A stretch of DNA of 64,000 bases from Candidatus Latescibacterota bacterium. GTDB taxonomy: Bacteria; Latescibacterota; UBA2968; UBA8231. Positions 20,198-30,370 of this stretch are shown one piece after another. Position 1 is the stretch's first letter; every line of letters starts with the position of its first letter. The DNA is taken from contig CBDCDC010000002.1 of NCBI GenBank assembly GCA_965215195.1, positions 1,984,001 to 2,048,000 of the forward strand. The letters are read 5' to 3'. Position numbers and translations under genes: made by a program. The notes under the pieces were generated by a model. The model did no database searches and was not told the origin of the DNA. It saw only the letters and a program-made list of their open reading frames with translations.

Positions 20198-21643
20198 TCA
20201 CTTGTGCGATCTAAACGCGGCCTTTTCCCCGGGCGTCGGCGAGTGGTCGAAGGCACCGCGTTGAATCACCGCAGCGGCCCCGCCGGCTGCGGCGACTTGC
20301 GCCCGCTGGCTGGCATGGGCCTGCTCGTCAACCGCTTCCGGGTCGAGTACGGCGCACAATTCTCTTGCGCAATCTCGCAACAGGTCCTGATGCTCTGGCA
20401 TACCCGACAAGTCGCTTATCTCGTCGGGATCCTCTGCCAAGTCAAAAAGCTGCGGCGGTGCGCCGACGTAGTAATTGTACTTGTAGCGATTGCGGCGCAA
20501 CATGTAGGCCCCGTGCTCAGTGCCCAGCGCGTGATACTCGCTGAAAACGGTGCGCTCTTGATCGTCCTCTTGTGCGATCTGCCACAGGGAGCGGCCGGGC
20601 AGGTCTTCGTCGATCGCTGCGGCCCCGACGCATTCGAGCGCGGTTGGAAAACAATCCACTAAAGAAACAGGCGTCTGTACCACCTTCCCCTCCGGCACGG
20701 CCGGGCCGGCCGCAATCATCGGCACGGCCGCCGCCTCGTCGTAGAGCGTGAACTTGCCGAAGATGCCGCGGGCCCCGAGGCATTCGCCGTGGTCGGAGGT
20801 ATAGAGCACGCGAGTGGAATCCCTCAGGCCGCACTCGTCAAGCGCGCCTAGCACGCGGCCGATCTGCTGGTCGAGATAGGTCGTAGTCCCGCAGTACGCG
20901 GCAGCAACTCGCCGCATCGTCTCTTCGCTGTGCCCTTGGTCGAAGCGGAAGAAGCGGCGGAAGTAGTCCAGCGCCGGATGGTCGGGCCACGTGTCGGGCG
21001 TCCACTGCGGCGGCAGCGGCACGTCTGCAAGCGGATACTGCGCGTAGATTTGCGGCGGGGCGATATAGGGTGGATGCGGGCAGACGAAATTGAGGAAGAC
21101 CACCCAAGGCTTGGGCTCGTCTCGGTGCGCGGCGAGCCAGCGCACGGCGTGTTCGGTGCAGCGGGCGTCGTATTGCAAATAAGTCGAATCGCCCGCGCCC
21201 GCCCGCCCGAGCTCGCCGTGCTTGTCGCGAAAGGGCGGGCAATCGCGGATGCAGCCGAGTACATCGCCGACGCCATCAACTACGTGCAACGGCTCAATTT
21301 CCTCGCTAAAGCCGTGGTCTGCGCCTTGCCCCTTGAAGTGCAACTTGCCGATCGAGTCGCAGCAAAAGCCCTGCTCGCGCAAGCGTTGATGCCAAGAGAC
21401 GGGCGTACCGTCGTAGGGATGCCCGTTGTCCCAGTAGCCGGCCTGATGCACGTAGCGGCCGCTGGCCAGCGCCGCGCGAGCCGGGACGCAGATCGGGCAG
21501 TTGGTGTACGCGTTTTGGAAGCGAGTGCCGCGCGCAGCTAAGGCGTCTAGATGGGGCGTCTGCACCAGTGGATGGCCGTAGCAGCCGCTGGCGAGCCGGT
21601 GGTGCTGGTCGGATAAAATGAACAGAAAGTTGGATGGCTTCAC
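20198..21643 (-). CDS. Formylglycine-dependent sulfatase (choline-sulfatase-like)
   Basis: NFLFILSDQH, CVPAR, GKLH, SDHGE..G..G..GK. Confidence 0.92.
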   Translation of the reverse strand: MKPSNFLFILSDQHHRLASGCYGHPLVQTPHLDALAARGTRFQNAYTNCPICVPARAALASGRYVHQAGYWDNGHPYDGTPVSWHQRLREQGFCCDSIGKLHFKGQGADHGFSEEIEPLHVVDGVGDVLGCIRDCPPFRDKHGELGRAGAGDSTYLQYDARCTEHAVRWLAAHRDEPKPWVVFLNFVCPHPPYIAPPQIYAQYPLADVPLPPQWTPDTWPDHPALDYFRRFFRFDQGHSEETMRRVAAAYCGTTTYLDQQIGRVLGALDECGLRDSTRVLYTSDHGECLGARGIFGKFTLYDEAAAVPMIAAGPAVPEGKVVQTPVSLVDCFPTALECVGAAAIDEDLPGRSLWQIAQEDDQERTVFSEYHALGTEHGAYMLRRNRYKYNYYVGAPPQLFDLAEDPDEISDLSGMPEHQDLLRDCARELCAVLDPEAVDEQAHASQRAQVAAAGGAAAVIQRGAFDHSPTPGEKAAFRSHK

Positions 21644-23118
21644 GGCACCCCCACGACTTTGTCAGCACCGATCTGGGGCGGTGCGGGATAGTGCAAGCCG
21701 CGTTGACCGGAGAGGTTGCGGTTGGAACGGGGTGCCCATTGCTGGTCAGGGAGGCCGACGAGCTGGCCGCCCTCGGCATAGGCTTCGTCGCCACCGTAGA
21801 GTTCGCCGACGAGGCACTCGCTGAGCTGGGCCTGTACGGCGGCGTGGTCGGGTGAGCCCGCTAGGTCGTTCAGCTCGCTGGGATCGCTTGCGAGGTCGAA
21901 GAGTTGGACGCGGTTGCCCACTGGATAGTAGATCAGCTTGTGTCGCCCCGCACGGATCATGCGAGTGGCGGCGGCCCCTTCGCCGCATTCGCCGTACAGA
22001 TAAGTGCGCCGTTCCTCGCCGACCATCGACAGGCCCTCAACGGACTCTGGGATGTCGATGCCCGTTAGGTCGAGCAAAGTCGGCATGACGTCTTGCCAGC
22101 CAACGAGGCGGTCATCGACCGTGTGGTGCGGCACTGGTCCGTCTCGGCCTCTGAGCAAGATCATCGGCACGTTGGCCGACTGCTCGTAGTAGAGCCGCTT
22201 GGCCCACAGCCCGTGGTTGCCGAGCATGTCGCCGTGGTCGGCCGTGAAGCAAATAATGGTATTGTCGATCAGCCCCTCCTCGCGCAGAGTGCCGATGACC
22301 ACGCGAAGCTGGTGGTCAATCTGGGTACAAAGCGCGTAGAAGGCGCGGCGGATGCGCAGGATCTCCGGCCCCTTGAGGTGGGCGTTGGCCCCCTGAATGA
22401 CTTTGAGCGCATAGGGCAATTGGTCGAATTCGCGCGACCAGCTACCGCAGTGCGGCGCGTCGATCGCAATATCGCGATAGAGGTCGAGATAGCTCGGCAA
22501 GGGCACCAGCGGCGGATGCGGGTGGCGGAAGGACAGATACCAAAAGCCGGGCTTGGCCGGGTTGCGCCGCTTGATCATCCGGCTCATCTGGCGGGCCGCC
22601 CAAGTGGTGGGGTGGCAGTCCTCGGGCAAGTGATAGGCCCGGAAGGAGTACTCGTTGTTGCTCATGCCGTGGGCAAAGCCCATGCCCGCATGGCCTTTAT
22701 CCGCGAGGAAGAGATCGTAGTCGTCAACAGCCCCCAAGTGCGGTCGGCCCTCTTCGTCGAGGAGCACGTCGTCGAAGCCAATGCGGTCGCGCTGGGGAAA
22801 GACGTGGAGCTTGCCAACGGCATAGGCTTGGTAGCCGGCGTCGCGGAAGGTCTGCGCCACAGTCGGCAGAGCGGGCATGGGATCGGTTGTTTTGAAGACC
22901 CGGTCGCCGTGAGTGCGCGGCGCAGTGCCCGTCATCAGGGTGCGGCGAGCGGGGATGCAGACCGGGCATTCGCTGTAGGCGTTGGAGAAGCGGGTGCCGC
23001 TGCGGGCTAAAGAGTCGAGGGTAGGGGTGACAATGGCGGGATGGTCGGCCTCGCCCAAGAGGGAAGCGGACCAATGATCGGTAGTAATTAGGAGGACGTG
23101 CGGTCTATCGTTTGCCAT
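21640..23118 (-). CDS. Formylglycine-dependent sulfatase
   Basis: PHVLLITTDHW, CIPAR, GKLH, ADHGDMLG.HGLWAK; stop overlaps the start of the next sulfatase. Confidence 0.92.
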   Translation of the reverse strand: MANDRPHVLLITTDHWSASLLGEADHPAIVTPTLDSLARSGTRFSNAYSECPVCIPARRTLMTGTAPRTHGDRVFKTTDPMPALPTVAQTFRDAGYQAYAVGKLHVFPQRDRIGFDDVLLDEEGRPHLGAVDDYDLFLADKGHAGMGFAHGMSNNEYSFRAYHLPEDCHPTTWAARQMSRMIKRRNPAKPGFWYLSFRHPHPPLVPLPSYLDLYRDIAIDAPHCGSWSREFDQLPYALKVIQGANAHLKGPEILRIRRAFYALCTQIDHQLRVVIGTLREEGLIDNTIICFTADHGDMLGNHGLWAKRLYYEQSANVPMILLRGRDGPVPHHTVDDRLVGWQDVMPTLLDLTGIDIPESVEGLSMVGEERRTYLYGECGEGAAATRMIRAGRHKLIYYPVGNRVQLFDLASDPSELNDLAGSPDHAAVQAQLSECLVGELYGGDEAYAEGGQLVGLPDQQWAPRSNRNLSGQRGLHYPAPPQIGADKVVGVP

Positions 23119-24205
23119 CGGCATCCCTATATGTAGCAAAGACCAGACCCGTCAGACGCGCTGGGTAGCGGGCCTAGCCTGCATTGGTTTTTTTGCGCCT
23201 GCTGTCGCGCCTCTTCACCTCACCTTTAGGTGTGAACAAGGCGCGGTGAAGTAGCTCAGGCCACCTCGTAGTCGCGCTCGGGCCGGGCCGGATTGCCCCA
23301 GTGGCCAGCCGGGTCGGCCGCGTCGATCAGTACGCCCTCCTTCTCCCAAGAGTAGCCGGGAATCGCACGCACGTCGGGGGTGCAGTAGCGCAAGGTTAGC
23401 CCGCAGCGCCGGCGGTCCGATTCGTTGTAGTGCGAGCTGTGCAAGAGCAGGTCGGAGTGGATCGAGACCTCGCCGGCCTTGAGCTCCACATCGACGATCT
23501 TTCCGTAGTGCTCCACATCGTCCACCGTCTGATTGAGGACGTTATTTTCCGAGGCGTCGCTCGGGCGAAATTCGAGCTGGCCGTGGAGGTGCGAGCCGGC
23601 GACGAAGCGCATACAGCCATTGTCGATATCAGCGTCGTCAACGGCCAGCCAGACGGTCACCGTCTTGGAGGGAGTCAGCGGCCAGTAGCTGGCGTCTTGG
23701 TGCCAAGAGATGGTGGTGCCGTCCTTGGGCATCTTGCAGAAGTAGTGCGAGGCTAGGCCGATCAGCTCAGGGCCGAGGAGATCGTGGACGAGGGCGAGGA
23801 TCTTGGGATGGTGCATGAGGTCATAGACCTTGGCGAACTTGAGATGCGCCGAACTGAGGGTAAAGCTGCCATAGCCGGCGGCCATGACCTTTCTCAGTTG
23901 CTCGTCGAAGAAGGCCCGGTGCTCGTCGATCTCGGCGGCGTCGAAAATTCGGAAGCCCTTGAGGTAGCCGTCCCCTCTTCGGCTCTGGTTATGGACACAT
24001 TCTGCCTTGCGCCGGGCCGCCTTTTAAGTCGGGCAGGCCGTTTCCGATAGATGTCTAGCGGCAAGCTTCCCGTCGATTTGGCCATTATCTTCTCCTTGAC
24101 AAAAGAAAGCCCTCCTAGCAAAAAACCGTGCCAAGGGGGGCAAATCCCTTACACAGGCGAGCGAGGTAATGCACGTACAGTGTAGGGTGATTCGGCAACT
24201 ACCAG

Positions 24206-24637
24206 TCAGTCGCCCTGACAAGCCCCTTGGCTGAACATTAACATATAGGGAAGCTCGTCGCTCTGTTTCCACACGGTCCTCTGTTTGTCCGCTTCACCTA
24301 CCACGGTCATCTCTCTGTTGTTTATTTTGTAGGACCCTTTAAACACGACAGGGTTTTCCTCGTCTGGATACAGCGTGATCCAGAGATTGTCTCTCCTTAT
24401 CTCCCACTCTCCGTTCAAGCCGATGCACTTCTTCTGGCCGACATTGATGCCTGTAAATGCGCCGTTCTCCTGAAATTCCCATATGTGCATAGGTTCTTCT
24501 GCAACTAATGCAAAGGCGGGATCTGCGATCTGCCACACACCAATGGGGGTCTGACCGGTTTCAACAGGCGAATTGTCGCAGCCGAGCGCAAAGACAAGCA
24601 GTATGGTTAATACAAAGGATGCAACTCTTGAATACAT
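24206..24637 (-). CDS. Small lipoprotein, lipocalin-like beta fold
   Basis: Signal peptide with lipobox FALGC; IGVW motif and beta-rich pattern; lies inside the PhyH insert. Confidence 0.65.
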   Translation of the reverse strand: MYSRVASFVLTILLVFALGCDNSPVETGQTPIGVWQIADPAFALVAEEPMHIWEFQENGAFTGINVGQKKCIGLNGEWEIRRDNLWITLYPDEENPVVFKGSYKINNREMTVVGEADKQRTVWKQSDELPYMLMFSQGACQGD

Positions 24638-24807
24638 GATATGTGTGATGGTTTGTTATGCCTGTTCGAGTTGGTGGGCGACTAAGGAACCAGTTCCTCG
24701 TAGCTTATACTGGAGCCCAAATGATAGTACGCCGCGGCGGGGCCGTTAAGCCCCAGCGGGTTTTATCGCTCAATCACATTTCACATCCATGAGAAATCCT
24801 TTCTCTT

Positions 24808-24936
24808 TTAGCTGATGATCGCGGCGAACTCGGCCTGCGTCTTTTTGCCCTTGACCGAGTTGCAATAGCCGCAAAGCAGTTGGAAGTTGTGCTTGTGATC
24901 CGTACCGCCCCGGGCGCGGGCGACAATGTGATCCAT
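24808..24936 (-). pseudogene. HNH endonuclease C-terminal fragment
   Basis: Manual translation MDHIVARARGGTDHKHNFQLLCGYCNSVKGKKTQAEFAAIIS*; DHI..GG...N.Q.LC..CN..KG is the HNH signature. Confidence 0.8.
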
Positions 24937-25110
24937 GCCAGCTCGCCCGCCTTTTCCGATAGGTCGATCGGTTGAAAGCGGCGGTCTGTTTGGTGGTGAG
25001 AGTGGTGGGATCGTGGAATGTGCAGGGGTAGAAGCACAAGTCGCGATCCATTTCGCGCAGTTCGTCGTGGGTCGGCACGGACTTGAAAGTGTAGTCGATC
25101 GTCCTGCCTA

Positions 25111-25236
25111 AAGGCCGGGTGAAGCGATTCGTCATGGCGTTATTCTCCTAAGAAGCCGTCTGCTTCACCGCGCCTTTGGGCGCGACAAGGCCGGGTGAAG
25201 CGATTCGTCATGGCGTCATTCTCCTAAAAAGCCGCC
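25111..25236. repeat. Direct duplication (~48 bp) of the PhyH RBS and start region
   Basis: aaggccgggtgaagcgattcgtcatggcgt(t/c)attctcctaa(g/a)aagccg at 25111 and 25187. Confidence 0.85.
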
Positions 25237-25368
25237 CTTACTACACGACACCAGCCCTCAGCCTGCCAAGGATCGAGGGCGGGACGCCCTCGATCCCGGA
25301 CCCATCGGAAACAGCAGAAAAGGCGTACTCAAAGTAAGGGGCGCCTACTTTAGGTGGCGGGTACTAAG
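25237..25368. mobile_element. MITE family A, copy 1 (degenerate), nested in the end of a family B element
   Basis: Near-identical to 29154-29306; starts CTTACTACACGACACC, ends GTACTAAG; flanks aaagccgcc / gaagccgtc (7/9 match). Confidence 0.75.
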
Positions 25369-25760
25369 GAAGCCGTCTGCTTCACCGCGCCTTTAGGCGT
25401 GACAAACCCCTGTCGGGCTGCGTTGCAAGGCGATCCAGCGACTTCGGCGGCCGGCGTTTTTCGAGGGCGAGACGCCCTCGATCCCAGCGGTTCGGAGTCA
25501 AGGGCGGGAGCGAAACCTTAGTTTTCAAGTAGCGCGAAAAATAAAACGCAATTTGCTCCTCGTCTCAAGGGCATCGGGCTGGACAAGCGTAACTCGTCCA
25601 GCGAATGGCGTCTATTGCCTCTTCATCGGCGAGATCAGAACTCGCCGCCCTCGACTTCTGTCGCTTGATTATCCTGCCGACTTCACCGCGCCTTGTTCAC
25701 ACCTAAAGGTGCGGTGAAGCCTGCCTAAAGGCAGGGTGAAGTTGGCGCGACAAGGCAGGG
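25369..25760. repeat. Cluster of family B MITE end and REP-like hairpins
   Basis: GAAGCCGTCTGCTTCACCGCGCCTTTAGGCGTGACAAACCCCTGTCGG (reverse complement of about 41569-41616); GAGGGCGAGACGCCCTC hairpin; CTTCACCGC...GCGGTGAAG hairpin at 25681 (related copies near 23214 and 53283). Confidence 0.75.
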
Positions 25761-25764
25761 CGAA

Positions 25765-26838
25765 TCATCGGCCCATCAGCTCTTCATAGACCCCGCCCGC
25801 CTTGGCTTGGATGTTTTCGCCGTCAAAGGGATAGAGAACCCCCCAGAATAGAGCCCCGACCAGCATCAGACCGAGGTAGAACAACAAGATGCGGCGGCCC
25901 CAGACCGCCCCGAGCATGGTCAGAGTGGAAAACTTGGTGGCCGGGCCGGCAATGAAAAAGCCCAAAGCCGCCCCCGGACTCATGCCCATCTGCATCATGC
26001 TCTCGACAATGGGAATGCTGCCGCCGCCGCAGGCGTAGAGCGGCACCCCCAGAGCCACGGCCATGGGCACGGCCCAGACGCTGCCGGGGCCGACCAACGC
26101 CAGCACCAGATCTTGGGAGAGAAAGGTTTTTACCAAGGCGGCGATGAAGATCCCCAAGCCAAAGAACTTGGCGATGAAGAGTAGATCGCCGCGAAAGCGC
26201 TGCGCCAGTAGTCCTGCCTTAAAGGCCGGGTGACGCCCGATTGTCGCGCCTGAAGGCGTGGTGAATTCAGACGGCCCATCTGTCTTGGCTGTAGAGGATT
26301 CCGGAGGGATTGCCGTGCGGGTAGCGAACGTCAGGCGATGGCGCAGAGCGGACTGCGCTGCAAAACCGGCCAGCAGCCCCACGCTGGCCGCCGTGACCAG
26401 CCGGGCGACGGCCATTTCCATGCCGATAGCCCCAGCGGTGTACGCGAACAAGGAGGGGTTCATCAAGGGCGAGGCCACGACAAAGGCCACTAAGGGCGCG
26501 GCCGGTACGCCCATATTTATCAGGCGGCCGGCCACGGGAATGGCGGCAAAAGTGCATAGGGGCGAGATCAGGGCCAGCAGGGTCGCTGCCACAATGGAGC
26601 CGTTGGCCCGTTGCTGGAGGGTGCGGCGGATCCGAGTCTTAGGCAGATAGCGCCAAGCTAGGGTGCTGAACAGGGCCCCTAAGACCACAAAGTACCAAAG
26701 CTGGGCCGCCAAATCCCAGAAATTCGCCAAGACGCGCAGCGTGTAAGTATGCCGCAGGTAGTGCTCTGCAATGCTGGCGGCCTGCCAGAGCGGATGCGTC
26801 AGGTCGTGGTAAAGGGTTTGAATCCCTGCCACGCTCAA
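25765..26838 (-). CDS. Permease, DUF318/ArsP-like
   Basis: SPLCTFAAIP, ASPLMNP, GVPLYACGGGSIP, FIAGPAT motifs. Confidence 0.85.
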   Translation of the reverse strand: MSVAGIQTLYHDLTHPLWQAASIAEHYLRHTYTLRVLANFWDLAAQLWYFVVLGALFSTLAWRYLPKTRIRRTLQQRANGSIVAATLLALISPLCTFAAIPVAGRLINMGVPAAPLVAFVVASPLMNPSLFAYTAGAIGMEMAVARLVTAASVGLLAGFAAQSALRHRLTFATRTAIPPESSTAKTDGPSEFTTPSGATIGRHPAFKAGLLAQRFRGDLLFIAKFFGLGIFIAALVKTFLSQDLVLALVGPGSVWAVPMAVALGVPLYACGGGSIPIVESMMQMGMSPGAALGFFIAGPATKFSTLTMLGAVWGRRILLFYLGLMLVGALFWGVLYPFDGENIQAKAGGVYEELMGR

Positions 26839-28979
26839 CGGACCAAGGTCATGGGTCGGGTCTTGTGCAGATCACCGGCCTTGAGGACAGCGAAGTAGAT
26901 TCCGCTGGCCACATTGAACCCCGAGGCATTGCGCGCGTCCCACATCACCTCGTGATAGCCCGAAGCAACCTCTCCTTCCACTAGAGTGCAGATCCACTGG
27001 CCCGCCGCATTGTAGATATCCAACTTGGCGCGTCCTGCTTGGGGCAGGGCAAAGCGGATGCGGGTGATGGGATTGAATGGATTCGGGTAGTTCTCTAGCA
27101 GCACCGGTGCCTCCGGTAGAGGCTGGCTGGCGGCCGACTCTGCCACGGCCGTGGGGAGCTCGCCCGGCAGCAGGAATTCGATGCCGGGCAGGCGGTCCCC
27201 GTCTTGGTCCACCACGTGTGCGGCCAGCATGGTGTTCCCGGCCGAGCTGCCGATCTTGAAGAGCAGCCTGTTTTCCCCTTGTACTAGGCGAATCGGAACT
27301 TTCAGATCGGCCAAGCGGAAATTGCGCCGGGCGGGATCTTCGTGGACCACTGCGCCATTCAGCCAGACTTTGGCGTAGTCGCCGTAGCCGAGCCACAGGA
27401 AACCCTCCTGCGCCCGCGGTGCCTGCACTAGGGTGAAGGCGTAGTTGGCAATGTCCTGATCCTTGCCATTGAGGTCGCCCAGCGGCAGAATTTCAGCGGT
27501 GTAACCAAGGTGTTCCACCTGTGTCCACACCAAGTCGCCGGCCGGCTCGCCTTCTAAGGGGTATAGCAGGGCTTCGTTGGGCAGAGGCTCGGAACCCATA
27601 TCGCTACTGTTGGGAAACGGGCCAGCGACGAGCCAGCGCCGGATTCCGCGCCCGTAGAACGCGCCCCTGCGATTGCCGCCACGAGATTTGACGAAGTTGC
27701 GCTGTACGCTATCGGGTGTGCGCCCCGCCACTTGGATTCGGTTTAGATCAAAGGTGCCAAAGCCCTTGGCCGCTGCTAGGTAGAGATGCTCCAAGTCGAG
27801 TGGATTGAACCCCATGACCACGTTGGCCACGGCTTCGGTCGCCAATGGATCGCCGCCGGCTACCACCACGTTGTGCTGGACGTTTTGGCCCCACTGCGGT
27901 CCGTCGCCTTCGGTGCCCCAGAATCCCTCGATGACGGTATAGGCCGCCGGATTGTAGGAGAACAGGTCCACGTAGCCGTGCTCCGGATTGTTTTGGTAGT
28001 GCTGGCGCTTGGAGGTTCCATCGCCGTAGGCCCCTGAGGCGAGGGTGCCGACGTAGTTTTTGATGCCTAAGGTGGTGCCGTAGATAGTGGTCTTCATGGC
28101 GGCGATGGAAATTACTTTATCGGCGTCTAGGATCGGTTCGGGCATGAAGTAGCCTTCCTTGCGGAAGCGGCCGGTGCCCTCCACGTGGAAGCCGAACTGG
28201 GCACCTCGATAGCTGAGGCGCGTCACTCCCAAGCGCTGAATGGCTCCACCCGGAACCGGATCGAGGCGGAAGGGGGCGTAGTTGAGGTCGGAGGTGTCCA
28301 CCGCGGTGGAGACCCCCATGGCGGCGAACTCTTCTAGGATCCTGATGTACGAGAGATCGCCGAATTCGGGATAGGCTACGGACCAGCCATCTTCTTCTGC
28401 ATTGGTGGGAAAGCCAGGCTCGCCTTTGCGGGGAGATTCGGCCCCGCCCTCGGCAATGGTGATGCGCCGCGGCCCCACCTGCTCAATGAGGTAGTTAATC
28501 ACACTCTTCACCACCCGCAAATCCGTGATCTGGCCCGGGTGTTCAACGCCATTACTGTATTATGCCGAGGTGGGGTTTCCTCTGTTGGTCACCGTGTTGA
28601 CTTTGACGACGACCCAGTCGCTTGGCTCGACGACGGCGCGAATGGAGCGCTCCGATTGGTCTAGGTCTAGGGCGCGGCGGACGATGGCATCTACCTGCGC
28701 GAAGCTCAAGGAGGCGTTTAGGGCGGCCGGCGCGGCCAGTTCCGGGTAGCTCGAAGCGGCGACCGCTACGGTCGGGCTGCCCTCGCCCAAGGTGAGGGTG
28801 CCGGGGCGCAGGATGGGCAGGCCCTCTACCTGCAGAGGCTCTTGGGCTTGCTGCACTGATCTTGCCGTTCCGACGAAGAAGGTCTGCGCTTGGTGGGAGT
28901 AGATGTCCCAGCCGATCAGAGCACCGATCAGCAGGAACAGGGCCGAACTTGCAAGTTTGCGTTTTGTCATTTGGGGCAT
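26835..28979 (-). pseudogene. Secreted DUF362-domain protein with C-terminal FlgD/secretion-type domain, one in-frame TAA
   Basis: Track ORFs 28560-29018 and 26835-28520 share a frame, separated by a single TAA at 28560-28562 (VVKVN...PTSA*YSNG...TDLRVV). DUF362 motifs IAEG, TLGIKNY.G, EGDGP; C-terminal ENYPNPFNP...IYN..GQ...WDARN..G..VASGIYF. Confidence 0.8.
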
Positions 28980-29153
28980 AACCAATTCTCCTGCATTTGA
29001 AGTTGGGACCGTGTGCAATCGGCGTCCGCACGGTCATGCGGTTTAATATAGCAATTTAGAATGAGTGGATCGGATTGCTCTTAGTACACGCCAGTAGAAG
29101 CGGTATGAGCCTGTCCTGAGCAAAGGCGAAGGGATGCGGTCTCACCTGCTTAG

Positions 29154-29306
29154 CTTACTACACGACACCAGCCCTCAGCCTGCCTAAGGATCGAGGGCAT
29201 CTTGCCCTCGGCGAGGGCGGGACGCCCGCGATCCCGGACCCAGCGGAAACAGCAGAAAAGGCGTACTCAAAGTAAGTGTCGCCTACTTTAGGTGTCGTGT
29301 ACTAAG
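29154..29306. mobile_element. MITE family A, copy 2, with 16-bp TIRs and a 9-bp target duplication
   Basis: TIR CTTACTACACGACACC versus GGTGTCGTGTACTAAG (15/16); CCTGCTTAG flanks both sides (29145-29153, 29307-29315); non-coding. Confidence 0.85.
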
Positions 29307-29315
29307 CCTGCTTAG

Positions 29316-29879
29316 TTACGGTACTTGGCGCAGTACTGAAAGTGATATTTGTTCCATCTTGATTTTTCCCCAACTCAACCTCTCGATTGCGGTATCGCCC
29401 GGGCTACGCACGTAGATTTCCACCTCGTAGAAGATGGTAGGGCCCAGCGTCCACAGTTCGAGGTTGTCGGCCGCAGTGTTCGGGGGAAAATAAATCTCGA
29501 TCCACTGGTCCACCGCCCGCGCATTCTCTTGGAGCAGGGCGGTTTGCACCCCTTCGGGTTCGCGCAAGGTGCCGGTCTCGTCTAGACGCCCGCCTAGATA
29601 GGCGCGGACCTCGTAGTTGTTGCCGATGGCACCGACGTAGATCCGCAGTTTTTTTAGTTGCAGCGGCTCCTCCCAAGCAAATACCAAAATTCCCTTGGTC
29701 GTCCAAGTAAAGGGTAGGGCATCCGCATCCTGGGGAACCTTGCCGTCCCCTAGAACATCAAGTTCGCCCTCGTGGGAATTCCAGATCGTAGCCCGAGTCA
29801 CGGCGTCGGGTGTGATATTGCGGCTGGCGGCTCCTAAAAAAAAGAGGACCGCAAAAATTGCTGGTATGACTATTCTCAT
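29316..29879 (-). CDS. Secreted hypothetical protein with C-terminal T-x-I-E-x-x-SWGKIK motif
   Basis: N-terminal signal peptide; beta-sandwich-like body; DTAIERLSWGKIK near the C-terminus. Confidence 0.7.
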   Translation of the reverse strand: MRIVIPAIFAVLFFLGAASRNITPDAVTRATIWNSHEGELDVLGDGKVPQDADALPFTWTTKGILVFAWEEPLQLKKLRIYVGAIGNNYEVRAYLGGRLDETGTLREPEGVQTALLQENARAVDQWIEIYFPPNTAADNLELWTLGPTIFYEVEIYVRSPGDTAIERLSWGKIKMEQISLSVLRQVP

Positions 29880-30044
29880 GTGGACGGTCTATGCCAAGGC
29901 GACTTCGATTCTATCCCTGATGAAGATGGCGCGGGACGGCATGTAGTGAAAGCCCCTCCTTGTAGTGGGGCGACCTTAGCAAGCACAAGCGGGGTTGTGA
30001 GCGGATACCCCTAAGTATATCTTGGGCGCAAAAGGAGGAGGGTT

Positions 30045-30359
30045 ATGCAAACAAACAAAACCGTTTCGCCAGCGGTGGGAACGCAGTTGCTCTTTGAGAA
30101 TGAGCGGGTGCGGGTTTGGGATCTGCGGCTGGCACCGGGCGAGAGTACGGGCCTGCACCGGCACGAGCACGACTACCTATACGTAGTTATTGGCGACGGT
30201 CGGTTGCAGGCGGCCGATGCAGAGGGAAACCGCGGCGAGGCTAGGGATATGCAGGATGGGGAGGTGCGGTTCAGCGCGCTCGAAGGGGAGGCGGTACACG
30301 AAGCGTTTAACGTCGGCGCAGGGCCGTGGCGGAATATCGTCGTCGAATTGAAGGACTGA
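30045..30359 (+). CDS. Cupin domain protein
   Basis: LFENERVRVW, LAPGE..GLHRH.HDY, H...NVG....NIVVELK; RBS AGGAGG. Confidence 0.85.
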   Translation: MQTNKTVSPAVGTQLLFENERVRVWDLRLAPGESTGLHRHEHDYLYVVIGDGRLQAADAEGNRGEARDMQDGEVRFSALEGEAVHEAFNVGAGPWRNIVVELKD

Positions 30360-30370
30360 ACTGAGACCGC

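Larger units (their letters stand above)
23256..25135 (-). pseudogene. Phytanoyl-CoA dioxygenase (PhyH) family gene interrupted by a ~995 bp insert
   Basis: 5' part 25135-24969 (...LTTKQTAAFN) and 3' part 23973-23256 (DGYLKGFRIF...WHQDASYW...HSDLLLHSS) join in frame as AAFNRDGY when 23974-24968 is removed. Confidence 0.8.

Noticed and set aside
24114-24133. sigma54-like TGGCACGG-T6-GC on the minus strand
   Set aside because: GG to GC spacing is one base too long for a -24/-12 promoter.
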